A stretch of DNA of 64,000 bases from a virus. Below, in pieces: positions 58,701 to 64,000 of the stretch. Each line of letters begins with the position of its first letter. Position 1 is the stretch's first letter. The stretch lies in IMG/VR virus record IMGVR_UViG_3300027728_000006, positions 32,001-96,000 of that record; one strand, given 5' to 3'. Made by a program: the position numbers and the translations under genes. The notes under the pieces were generated by a model, which was given only the letters and a program-made list of their open reading frames with translations, had not been told where the DNA came from and searched no databases.

Positions 58701-60348
58701 AATTTGGAACAAATCCAGATGAAAAAGTTTTTTTTCCAGTAGCGCTTGTTAAAGGTACGCCGCTAGCTCCAATACTTACTCCAGCTCTACCTAAATTGGC
58801 GGCTATTGTTTTGCTAATTCTCTCCTGCTCTCTCATCACATTCGATTGAGCGGTCAAATAATCAAGAAGTTGTTTTTCAGCTTGAACGGTCGTCATTTTG
58901 CCGCTCAGTATTTTTTCTGTAAATACGCTATTCTTTTGAAGAATTGAAAGAACACCTTGCTCTAATGCAGCTTGCTGCTTGGTAGCCTCATTTCTTCCAA
59001 GCAACTCTTTAGCAGATCCAGCGGCAAATTTTGCTAAATTTACAAATAATTTAGTTAAAACTGCAACAGCTAAAACAGTGCCAGGACCGCCAATAAAATT
59101 CGAAATGCCCTTAAAAAATCCCTCTATAAATTTACCACCTTGAGTTTCAGTATCTATTTTATTAAAAGATTCAATTATACCGTTGAAACTTGAAAGAAAA
59201 CCCTTAGCATTTGGTTCAAAAACCAATGATCCAATTTTACTAGCAGCCTCCTCCAAATTTGAAACCGCCTGAGAAGACAAAGCCGACAAAGTTTTATTCA
59301 ACTCTTGGTTTCTTTTTATAGCTTGATCAGTAGAGCTCAAAGAGGTTTCTAGCGCTCTATCATATATGCTATACTCTTTGCCCAAATCAGAAAGAGCTGC
59401 CTTCAAGATGTTAATTTGAAAAACCCCACCTACCTGCTCTGCAACATAAGATTTTTGTTTAGCTCCAAGAGTATCATAAGTTGAGGCTAATTGTTTTAGA
59501 AGATCTATTGCGCTTTGTCCCTCTGACGTATCAACCCCTAATGATCCTAAAAGGTCTTGAACCTTACCTCTTTGCAGTCTTGTAAAAATAGTTTTAAGTG
59601 AGTTACCAATTACGGCACCGCCTCTAGCAGTAGTTTGCTGAGCTGCCGTGACTATAGAAATGAGTTCATCCAATGAAACTCCAGCATCTTGAGCCGTAGA
59701 ACCAACTCTGCTAATAGCGTTAGCCAGGTCTGCTGAACTAACGGCAAACGCGGCATCGACATTGGCTAATTTATTCACAACTTGTACCGCGTCTAAAGCT
59801 GAACCAGAGAAAGAGTTGAGAGTAGCCGTCAAAGCTTCAACACTCCTCACCGTATCAAGTCCACTTAATCTGGCTAAAATTAAAGCGGCATTAGTTCTCT
59901 TAAGAGTTTCTTCAACTCCCAAGCCCTGCCTAGCCAGTTCGGTTGCCGCCTCAGCAACAGAAGAAAAACTTTGAGCTGTATTTTTAGCTATATCAAATAA
60001 TGATCCGCCAAATTTTTGCAAACTTGAAGAAGACAAATTAAGTAATACGTTGATATCTTGAAGCTTTTTTTCAACTTCTATAGTAGAAGTAATCAGCGAA
60101 GACAACGCCTTCTCAACGGCAAATATAGCTCCAGCTGATGCTCCGAAGGCTATAACGCGAGCATTTGAAGCTTCTAAACTCTTATTAAACTCACTTACTT
60201 GAGCAGTTATTCTTCCAAGCGCCTGAGAGCTTTTTTTCGTATTAATCTGAGAAAGCTCTATTGTTTTTAGAGCTTTCGCTATATCTTTTTCCATTTGGCG
60301 CGTATTTGCGCTAACGGAAATTGTTGCACTTGTTAAACCTGTAGCCAT
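49774..60348 (-). CDS. tail tape measure protein (TP901-type core) carrying a motif-delimited multi-enzyme array
   Basis: N-terminal TMP core (AEAATELARQGL, LANVDAAFAVSSADLA, RGGAVIGNSLKTIFTRL); Ala-rich helical/coiled-coil C-half; position after tail tube and chaperone-like genes. Confidence 0.92.
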   Translation of the reverse strand: MATGLTSATISVSANTRQMEKDIAKALKTIELSQINTKKSSQALGRITAQVSEFNKSLEASNARVIAFGASAGAIFAVEKALSSLITSTIEVEKKLQDINVLLNLSSSSLQKFGGSLFDIAKNTAQSFSSVAEAATELARQGLGVEETLKRTNAALILARLSGLDTVRSVEALTATLNSFSGSALDAVQVVNKLANVDAAFAVSSADLANAISRVGSTAQDAGVSLDELISIVTAAQQTTARGGAVIGNSLKTIFTRLQRGKVQDLLGSLGVDTSEGQSAIDLLKQLASTYDTLGAKQKSYVAEQVGGVFQINILKAALSDLGKEYSIYDRALETSLSSTDQAIKRNQELNKTLSALSSQAVSNLEEAASKIGSLVFEPNAKGFLSSFNGIIESFNKIDTETQGGKFIEGFFKGISNFIGGPGTVLAVAVLTKLFVNLAKFAAGSAKELLGRNEATKQQAALEQGVLSILQKNSVFTEKILSGKMTTVQAEKQLLDYLTAQSNVMREQERISKTIAANLGRAGVSIGASGVPLTSATGKKTFSSGFVPNFASDRNVGQAMENAGAREHGYRAGKAKKTTIHDGNGKSFKSFVNNKEDVKTFTNAAGKKATVVRPPNGFGENTQYAAGGYIPNFAKNKVESLSSVKSGGDLKKLYDFGIRGKKNSKTDYYSENVSVDRIKLPYNTSTYDKIAEIKINSSLEQKKDLSSLKYKGVPIGNYLPGSFDQSKLATGNKIGNVSNVKGALGEIDTEIMLKNMGITPVKLKNKFGVDFSYKDKLSKQQLVESKVTKKPVKDDVIYAKALTYLGRKANPSYKGNSNSDTVDLSALGVGLNLFESKASGFVPNFASMGSKFKAMYGGGTTMRAVDKEKTAKKKNLDVKKLDLSDRYTMVHGGNQGLDSANVSLEAGNNLFDAKIATAGLDTSGTNLQRYGIKGVVGDALVGATNNIIKTFGGKEQITDASSLDNAGSVGSAAGTVFETALRKSFNAPAVSQTQRIDFPAPTPELKKFFHNAPGQYEAKISRTPDNLKSTLKKWVDVHGLASSASGYIPNFADRRVGYLDGDVLSDPKYTAIVEEQIASLGISGGVAGYHKYLGELAKKSRKAGSLKKFTGVFGVPGAGKSSMMLGGKNSERADNSKFRKTQRIPIIIPSDIDKVDEIVDTRASLVGTAAAIDKGYWSELDRLMILSSSTPAEQEEIKRRRSLRDSQISEGTSKTNFGREAGTSTSAGLDSAYIEAVALDTLGSEKTRIMGINPNFGLKRKKEKDLPIVEKKRLGLAYGAFSPSTKGHLEMMDMARGKGIPPEDFVVAISREGGKLDQNDPHSLRTLVFDQNVRKYLAQKTFEGANVVKAGSDFTGGIRRHLEVDPVEGRRRFLSAQPGSTAFVGSDKTEKDLTKYKQAGYDVSVGSRTEGISGTKAREAMLSGDSEAMSRIFPEHVLPAINQITPAMKRRTEAAQEIMRRVSSEIDKDLTPIENQLAELPSRITKNTPQDIQQKIITLREARDDLKKKKQTLPPKILKRLSGMFADKYGVPLSSSGFVPNFAKTSGLSFSQSKKDEFGFSSINAILGGKKVGGFSYSEDKPGNVDVGDLTVEKAYRGKGYGSALYEEAIKRNKGKKMKGQLLPQMNRLLQKIKNGEPVSAETLYPQIKRADLAKSSMFEVYGHKGMEIEKMTRDQFASFVNAKINELKKDPKKLQSYFGNVEADEYGGLGVDLQTQHASGFVPNFLDIKKDGSLPFGVRGRANFSKPGLKPNIQLGVGATPDTLFHEASHLAYSKATMSKANSNEGVGRLISDPRKYAGVSSIMASSIFKNVNQNELFKSLGFNPVQLDFDGKNPGATYSGAKAVDEITTRIQEKIFKNKGNLASLSANENTFVKNLEGLDIISNKRMSNVSRRSAEGSKFRSLIEGRFSSAMGGSAGVSASGFIPNFADQVRKNMYDWDGTIIPKIRGGEDEYIRQLGSLKERDLLPIGKKLKAGKKKFDVLTSRPPLFEKAIRETSSRLGLPVNKISFGVKPKDKLVEAQKRGSKIVDDNLDLMGKPGFLNARVLNKRLSSGFIPNFSNALNDAIAREQSSGLSKSQIYVDKHSSLKNKNNPMGLMVANRRDEPGGGIQGIKRAKKEGRNPKTYGAASGFIPNFAADASGDGNENTIAALIAGLQGVAFSAIFLRGEMRQFGESIKEGEKSIKNMSEANDKASAEIPSFEKEIQAQTDRLDKRNTLKEAISAPEFKAAAANKQAQDKIYKDLMAQQASGQITIGDPRIQEADERLKAAKTALSDAYDKEVKRIDQDASEKKNAAEQELRSRKDLISSNKEAVAEQRKSIAQEKKQRLASIASQAGMAAQIIAPQIASFIPQNTQGGREAAATVEGLGNIAGMAGTGALIAGPWGAAAGAAIAALMEIPKIEKAFTSKMPELEKAVTAATENFTKFSDSAQQFLNSSQKLAEIRVNPNSSEGDIITAEKQYIDSLTAMPIKYQEQLVAAERLGNAQVVYSEILERLSLQKISKEVVASNRGTYENAQEGVFERMGSFTQAFSDITINNLGKQLYNVSAAFDRMVGIQTENDKTDYVGKSLSEMLDLMYGRKLSSEDVQSVTAQTYNYTKTTDDPSTVMNEALESSRDFAKKLNDIQVLGIENDGGVNMNNFQDLKGQLLNALQASYAKSGGEVTSEELQILSSLRDTMNRPDQLQQWLQEYQTINNKFISGQEKIEEVRKNIAERQKKEAEKKAQDRQRADQAGARVSSAKSEVDQLFSDFKYAMEEGLSKVKFAGDLESNRGNFGKEIYDLINMPNVSKKRDENNRIFSIEQTTRQEKEQAKTTGATSIFESIGNLINSASLDEKATSGMSDSEIKSATSEFELKKTEFKNELIGSGAMNQILQGDTAGAKGTLDALIEKLIASGSFTATQIQELKNKTIQELGSVNNGIKISNRNELQQKALLAQQLAFDRAKEKITQAQNLGGGAEQIIPNLLGAEDSLINQAKDSLSKTVSGGYNVNNLVKGEDGKIIDKNTGKTPALDSLGALTDTLSTLTKFTGAPITSMGDMNFQAISQGYSQMLAQSIDDLEKQSGGALGSDVFKRMRDQVSSLGTDKEGGASVSSNLQLMQKLGVIDSSQYVDGVTEDYTKKEFENLPKELQDAYKGVSGDSKLQFLGINELTKVSSNGFSSVVEAIEGSFDVSKMAAGIKDGLIASQISERKITAENAKKDAESGLKDSQGEEQKAKAKVEEAEQLFNDRQKFALETKVGRMSIATESEATNPDYIAKSDKIYSEKNIGLARAQVALGRGNIVQKEFGTDPEGMDITSEDFLKKSDAYELVKSAAVSLQQARSQQAAASAEVIKSESRVGAASSLVSGYNSSFVVGDELPFPESGEKKLSRMQAESAQIKDAEKNGYYMSGSENYYSPSAMKPIENFMPPKPAPPNGGSGASNGVVPPGQQVPDRGTSGGAAGNSSRDQASNTTNVDSINLPININIEQGRVASVENSETQVSQLAESIKNQVQEVVQRVVAMQAELQKGGFIKPPPPTNVV
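53935..58719 (-). repeat. nine dispersed in-frame copies of a 24-nt unit encoding (S/G)G(F/Y)(V/I)PNF(A/S/L)
   Basis: Copies at 58696-58719, 58447-58470, 57811-57834, 57193-57216, 55720-55743, 55168-55191, 54559-54582, 54166-54189, 53935-53958. Confidence 0.95.
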
Positions 60349-60378
60349 TCTTTTTTCCTAATTAATTACTTATTAAAG

Positions 60379-60386
60379 TATTACAC
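60379..60386 (-). promoter_or_regulatory. GTGTAATA motif upstream of the TMP
   Basis: 30 nt upstream of the ATG; AGGA SD-like element between them. Confidence 0.5.
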
Positions 60387-60409
60387 GAAAATAGAAATAA
60401 TTAATAAAA

Positions 60410-61456
60410 TTATTTCTTTGAATTTTTGGTATCCGTAGCTCTTATAGCATCATAAATATTCAATTCTCCGCCTTTATTTTGAGCAGCGTCCAGTAAGTTT
60501 GAATCATCAAGCCGAGAATTCATCCCGATCTCTTCGTAGTCAGACTTTTTTGCCCCCACTAATGAGGTTATTCTACCGCTTCTTTCACCGCGACTGTTCT
60601 TTTGGTTGGGAGACTTATCTAAAGCTTTCCTTGTTTTTGATGAAGAAGAACCACTTTCACACCAATCTACTAATTTTGAAGGGTCACAGAGTATTTCATC
60701 TGATATCTTTTCAGTTGTGTTATTTATCATTTTTCTATACATCGAAGCGTAAGAAAAAATATCTATTTGATAAGTAGTTAGTTGAGTTATTGGTTTTCCA
60801 TAAAAGTTATATATTGGGAAATCTGAGCCAGTTAATAAAATTAAATTTTGAAAAAACCCTGTAGCAGCCACATATTTCAAATTATCTATTTTTAATAAAT
60901 CTAATATTTTAGATATCTGAATCCACACCTCGTCATATACCTCATCCTCTAGGCAATCAAAGTAATCATTATTGTCAGAAACTGAAATAGAAAACGAAAC
61001 ATCTTTAAAAAGCAAATTATTCAAATAATAACGATGATAGTATTTTTCAGCGTATTCTTCCGCAGTAGTTGGTATAATACTTTTTCTTTCAGTTAAAATC
61101 TTATTGACTTTTCTTATTTCTTCGTCTATAGTTTTTTGAACACCATCCCTTTGAGATGGTAACATTAATTTTGATTTTGTTTTTATTAAATTTTCAATAA
61201 AGACGCGAGATTGGGCAATTTGGCTCTCTCTTTCCTTAGACCACCATTTTTTTTCTATATAAAATTTTAAATATTCCTCTTCAGTTTTTACACCATTTTT
61301 CTTAGCAATATCCAAACCTTCGCTATAGCGGTTTTTTAAAACTATTTTATCAGCATAATTAACATGCTTGAAAAAACATTTTTCACTAGATAGCCTTATC
61401 TCATCATGCCCCAAACAGATGCTGTGGTAAATCTTTTGGACCTCGTCATAGTCCAT
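60410..61456 (-). CDS. putative tail assembly chaperone
   Basis: 348-aa helical protein directly upstream of the TMP; call is positional. Confidence 0.4.
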   Translation of the reverse strand: MDYDEVQKIYHSICLGHDEIRLSSEKCFFKHVNYADKIVLKNRYSEGLDIAKKNGVKTEEEYLKFYIEKKWWSKERESQIAQSRVFIENLIKTKSKLMLPSQRDGVQKTIDEEIRKVNKILTERKSIIPTTAEEYAEKYYHRYYLNNLLFKDVSFSISVSDNNDYFDCLEDEVYDEVWIQISKILDLLKIDNLKYVAATGFFQNLILLTGSDFPIYNFYGKPITQLTTYQIDIFSYASMYRKMINNTTEKISDEILCDPSKLVDWCESGSSSSKTRKALDKSPNQKNSRGERSGRITSLVGAKKSDYEEIGMNSRLDDSNLLDAAQNKGGELNIYDAIRATDTKNSKK

Positions 61457-61473
61457 ATTTTATATAAAGTTAC

Positions 61474-62277
61474 TTACAAGTTTTCAACTGAGACATTCGA
61501 AGAATCCTGCTTCTCCTCTACAGCGGGCTCATCAATTTCTTTTTTAGCCTCACTTAGACTTTCTTCCTTCTCGGTCTCCCGCTGCTCTTCTTCAATTCTC
61601 TTTAAGAATTCATTGTCTAAAAGCTCAAACTCATAAAAATTATTAGCACTACCCAAATACCAAATTGTTACAAGATAATTAATTCTAGAAAAAACTTTAT
61701 TAAGAAAATCGTTAGTTTCGACTACTTCGTCATAATAATCTAACTTAGAATCTATGTCGCCGCCATTTAATAAAGCCTTGTGATCACCAATTGAGTCCAC
61801 TTCTACTCCCAAATTTGCCGCCCACCAAACTATTGACTTATTGCGAGCCTTAGCCTCCGCAGTATACTCAAAGGCATTAATTTGTGAAAGCTCTAAATCC
61901 TGCATCTGCTTTCTCAATAAAACTGTCTCCGCCTGCAATTCTAACAATTTACTCTTCTCTTCCTCACTTCTTTCGCTTTCTTTCTTTGCAGAAAGTTTTT
62001 CAATTTTTTCACGAGTCTCTGACAATTCAACAAACACTGCAGAATATTCTTTTTTTTCAGCTTCTGAAATTGTTCCGCCTTGATCTTTAAACATTTTATC
62101 CCAAAGAATTTTTGGCAATATTCCAGATCCTATAAATTGAGATAATTTTGAGGCATAATAAAGCTCGCCCTCTTCTTTTAATTTTCTATTTGGTTTTAAA
62201 ATCGCAAATTTACGACTTACTCCAGAATCATTCTTTGCTTCAAATGAATACAGATATTTTTTATTTTTATCACTCAT
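61474..62277 (-). CDS. putative tail assembly chaperone
   Basis: 267-aa coiled-coil protein between tail tube and TMP; shares a TAE motif after the coiled coil with the next gene. Confidence 0.4.
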   Translation of the reverse strand: MSDKNKKYLYSFEAKNDSGVSRKFAILKPNRKLKEEGELYYASKLSQFIGSGILPKILWDKMFKDQGGTISEAEKKEYSAVFVELSETREKIEKLSAKKESERSEEEKSKLLELQAETVLLRKQMQDLELSQINAFEYTAEAKARNKSIVWWAANLGVEVDSIGDHKALLNGGDIDSKLDYYDEVVETNDFLNKVFSRINYLVTIWYLGSANNFYEFELLDNEFLKRIEEEQRETEKEESLSEAKKEIDEPAVEEKQDSSNVSVENL

Positions 62278-62294
62278 AATTTTTCCTTTTTCCT

Positions 62295-62326
62295 TTTATT
62301 TTACCGTTTATTTTACCGTTTATTTT
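62295..62326. repeat. 12-bp direct repeat TTTATTTTACCG in intergenic DNA
   Basis: 2 full copies plus a partial copy. Confidence 0.7.
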
Positions 62327-62383
62327 ATTTTTTTAAATAAATTTTATTTCAAAATTACAGATAGCGCTCAAAAGAATGTGCAT

Positions 62384-62617
62384 TTAAACTATTTCCATGC
62401 TTGAAAAAAGAGAAGAAATTTGTTCTTCAGAATTTCTAACGGCGGCATTTCCCCTATCAAGAATTTCTTTTCTTTTAAGTGAATATTCTTGTTCGTCAAT
62501 TAAGCCTCTCTTTAATAATTCTTCAACGTAAACTAGGTGAGAAATGAATAAGAACTTCATTTCTTTTTCTATCTTTTGTGACAAGAACTTGTCAAAATTA
62601 AATTCAAATTTTTGCAT
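62384..62617 (-). CDS. hypothetical protein
   Basis: 77 aa, preceded by GTGTAATA at 62662-62669. Confidence 0.6.
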   Translation of the reverse strand: MQKFEFNFDKFLSQKIEKEMKFLFISHLVYVEELLKRGLIDEQEYSLKRKEILDRGNAAVRNSEEQISSLFSSMEIV

Positions 62618-62679
62618 AATCCTTTTAAACCTTACTTTTAATTTCCTTTTTTCCTAAATGCTATTACACAATAAATAAA

Positions 62680-62707
62680 AAAAAGAGACTCCGAAGAGTC
62701 TCTTTTT
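62680..62707 (-). terminator. rho-independent terminator (possibly bidirectional)
   Basis: Perfect 12-bp inverted repeat AAAAAGAGACTC/GAGTCTCTTTTT; C(UUCG)G loop on the minus strand followed by a U-run. Confidence 0.88.
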
Positions 62708-62731
62708 AATAATATATAATATTATAAGGTA

Positions 62732-63037
62732 TTAATTAAATAAGTTTTTTACTGAATGAGTTACTTTAGATGATTGACCAGGAACAGGAATCGAAGCAGT
62801 AATTGCAGGCTCCTGCTCTAATTTAACAGGCTCAACTTTTGGCTGGACTTCAACTTTTGGCTGGACTTCAACTTTTGGTTTACCATTCAATTTAAAATTT
62901 TCAGAAATATAATCGAAGTCATGACTTGAAAGCTCCACGCTACTGCCTTGAACTTTTCCTCTTTTTTTAACCTCTTCAACGTACCCAGCGGCTCTCTCAC
63001 GAGCCGCCGAATAAATTGTTTTTAGTGGAATTTTCAT
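62732..63037 (-). CDS. hypothetical protein with PKVEVQ repeat
   Basis: 101 aa; 18-bp tandem repeat at 62832-62878. Confidence 0.6.
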   Translation of the reverse strand: MKIPLKTIYSAARERAAGYVEEVKKRGKVQGSSVELSSHDFDYISENFKLNGKPKVEVQPKVEVQPKVEPVKLEQEPAITASIPVPGQSSKVTHSVKNLFN

Positions 63038-63056
63038 TTTTTAAAAATGAATTTTA

Positions 63057-64000
63057 TTAGGGGGCTACCGGATAACTTCCAGACATGAAAACGCCCTTGG
63101 TCGAATCTTCAGGTCCGCCGATACTTACTTCATACTCAAGAGACACAGAAGCATTATCACCGATTGAAGTAGTCAAGCTTTCTGACAATAATTTTGCACC
63201 TTTCAATTGAGCAATAAGTGCCGGAGCGCCATTCCCCGAACAGTCATTCTTTTTCATTGTTATCGTGAGCGTATACACATCAGTCTCGCAAAGAAGATTA
63301 GCCAAGTTAAAGTCAGCCAATTCACCCATCTGAGCTTCAACAGAAAGTGAGGCTGTCACAGGGAAATCAATTTCACGACTAAATGGGAATCTGCTACCTA
63401 ATTTCTCAATTGGAGTTCTACTCAAGTCAGTTGACAAAGTAAAACTTTGAATTTTAATATCATTTGCCTCAAAGCCTTTGACCTGGTCATTACTTAAAGT
63501 AAAAGTAATATCTCCAGGTCTTAAAACTGTAACTTGAGTATCATTGTCATCTCCTGAAGATTGAGGTATTGTGAAAGATATTCCTGTGATCTTCGTACCA
63601 GCAGCAGGATCAATAGCTGGAATATGATTTACACCAGTGATGTCAGAGTAAACTGCAAAATTGAGAGCCTCAAAGTCGGCACTTGCTGTTGGCACGTCTC
63701 CAACTGAAGCCTCCAATGAATAAGATGTTAAGAATGCATTTCCTAAACCGAATACGCCAGTTTTGTCGCCGACATATCCCACATTATCGCTACCCTCCTT
63801 GGCAACAGTTAAAAAGTAATTCTTTTCATCAGTCTTTTTATTTAAGATACCCGATAAAATTGATACTGGCAGTCCACTTAATCCGCAAACACTAAGTCCA
63901 ACATAGCTTTCATTACTTCCATCAGTTGGGTACCATGAAGTACTCATGTTAACAGTTGGAGCCTCAACTTCGATACGGTCGATAGCAGCTAATTGACCAT
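63057..64000 (-). CDS. putative major tail (tube) protein, 5'-truncated
   Basis: Frame stays open to the window edge (..GQLAAIDRIEVEAPTVNMST..); beta-rich, IQSFTLS..LSRTPIEKLG..F..SR; upstream of chaperones and TMP, followed by a strong terminator. Confidence 0.6.
   Translation of the reverse strand, partial: GQLAAIDRIEVEAPTVNMSTSWYPTDGSNESYVGLSVCGLSGLPVSILSGILNKKTDEKNYFLTVAKEGSDNVGYVGDKTGVFGLGNAFLTSYSLEASVGDVPTASADFEALNFAVYSDITGVNHIPAIDPAAGTKITGISFTIPQSSGDDNDTQVTVLRPGDITFTLSNDQVKGFEANDIKIQSFTLSTDLSRTPIEKLGSRFPFSREIDFPVTASLSVEAQMGELADFNLANLLCETDVYTLTITMKKNDCSGNGAPALIAQLKGAKLLSESLTTSIGDNASVSLEYEVSIGGPEDSTKGVFMSGSYPVAP

Noticed and set aside
53935-58719. Dispersed 24-nt repeats as a CRISPR array
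   Set aside because: Spacers are 207-1449 nt, all multiples of three and protein-coding; repeats vary at synonymous positions; no cas genes.
53935-58719. TMP insertions as inteins or introns
   Set aside because: No Cys/Ser...His-Asn splice motifs, no LAGLIDADG blocks, and the frame is uninterrupted.
60410-62277. Programmed -1 frameshift between tail chaperone genes
   Set aside because: The only candidate near the 3' end (T AAA AAA G) is not an in-frame canonical slippery heptamer, and the downstream gene has its own ATG 17 nt later.
1773-63895. Many 60-140 aa antisense or nested ORFs in the track (e.g. 1773-2096, 15134-15559, 36972-37340, 54179-54556)
   Set aside because: They are shadows of long genes on the opposite strand or in another frame, with no recognisable motifs.
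1-64000. Stop-codon reassignment, tRNA genes, diversity-generating retroelement
   Set aside because: Genes are full-length and densely packed under code 11; I saw no cloverleaf/T-loop signature, reverse transcriptase or template/variable repeat pair.

Overview
AT-rich 64-kb segment of a large tailed dsDNA phage (Caudoviricetes), standard genetic code. I saw no rRNA, tRNA, CRISPR or IS element. The left half (1.3-27.5 kb, minus strand) is a replication and metabolism module: a three-piece DNA polymerase III (PHP, DnaQ-like exonuclease, DnaE core), primase, DnaB, RecA, nucleases, SSB-like proteins, a class I (probably Id) ribonucleotide reductase, a sigma factor and a dNMP kinase. It also holds an NDP-sugar biosynthesis cluster and several glycosyltransferases. 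A short plus-strand block (27.7-36.8 kb) encodes small basic/acidic proteins, a 2281-aa IPT/TIG protein with a Verrucomicrobia-like module, and a capsid-decoration-like protein. The right half (36.8-64 kb, minus strand) is the tail module. The standout feature is the 3524-aa tape measure protein. About 45% of it (aa ~544-2138) is an in-frame array of eight modules separated by nine copies of the peptide (S/G)G(F/Y)(V/I)PNF(A/S/L). The modules include two PD-(D/E)xK nuclease-like domains, a P-loop kinase plus HxGH nucleotidyltransferase, a GNAT acetyltransferase, an HExxH metallopeptidase and a HAD phosphatase. This looks like a motif-delimited effector polyprotein carried in the tail. All functional calls come from motif recognition by eye, not from database searches.
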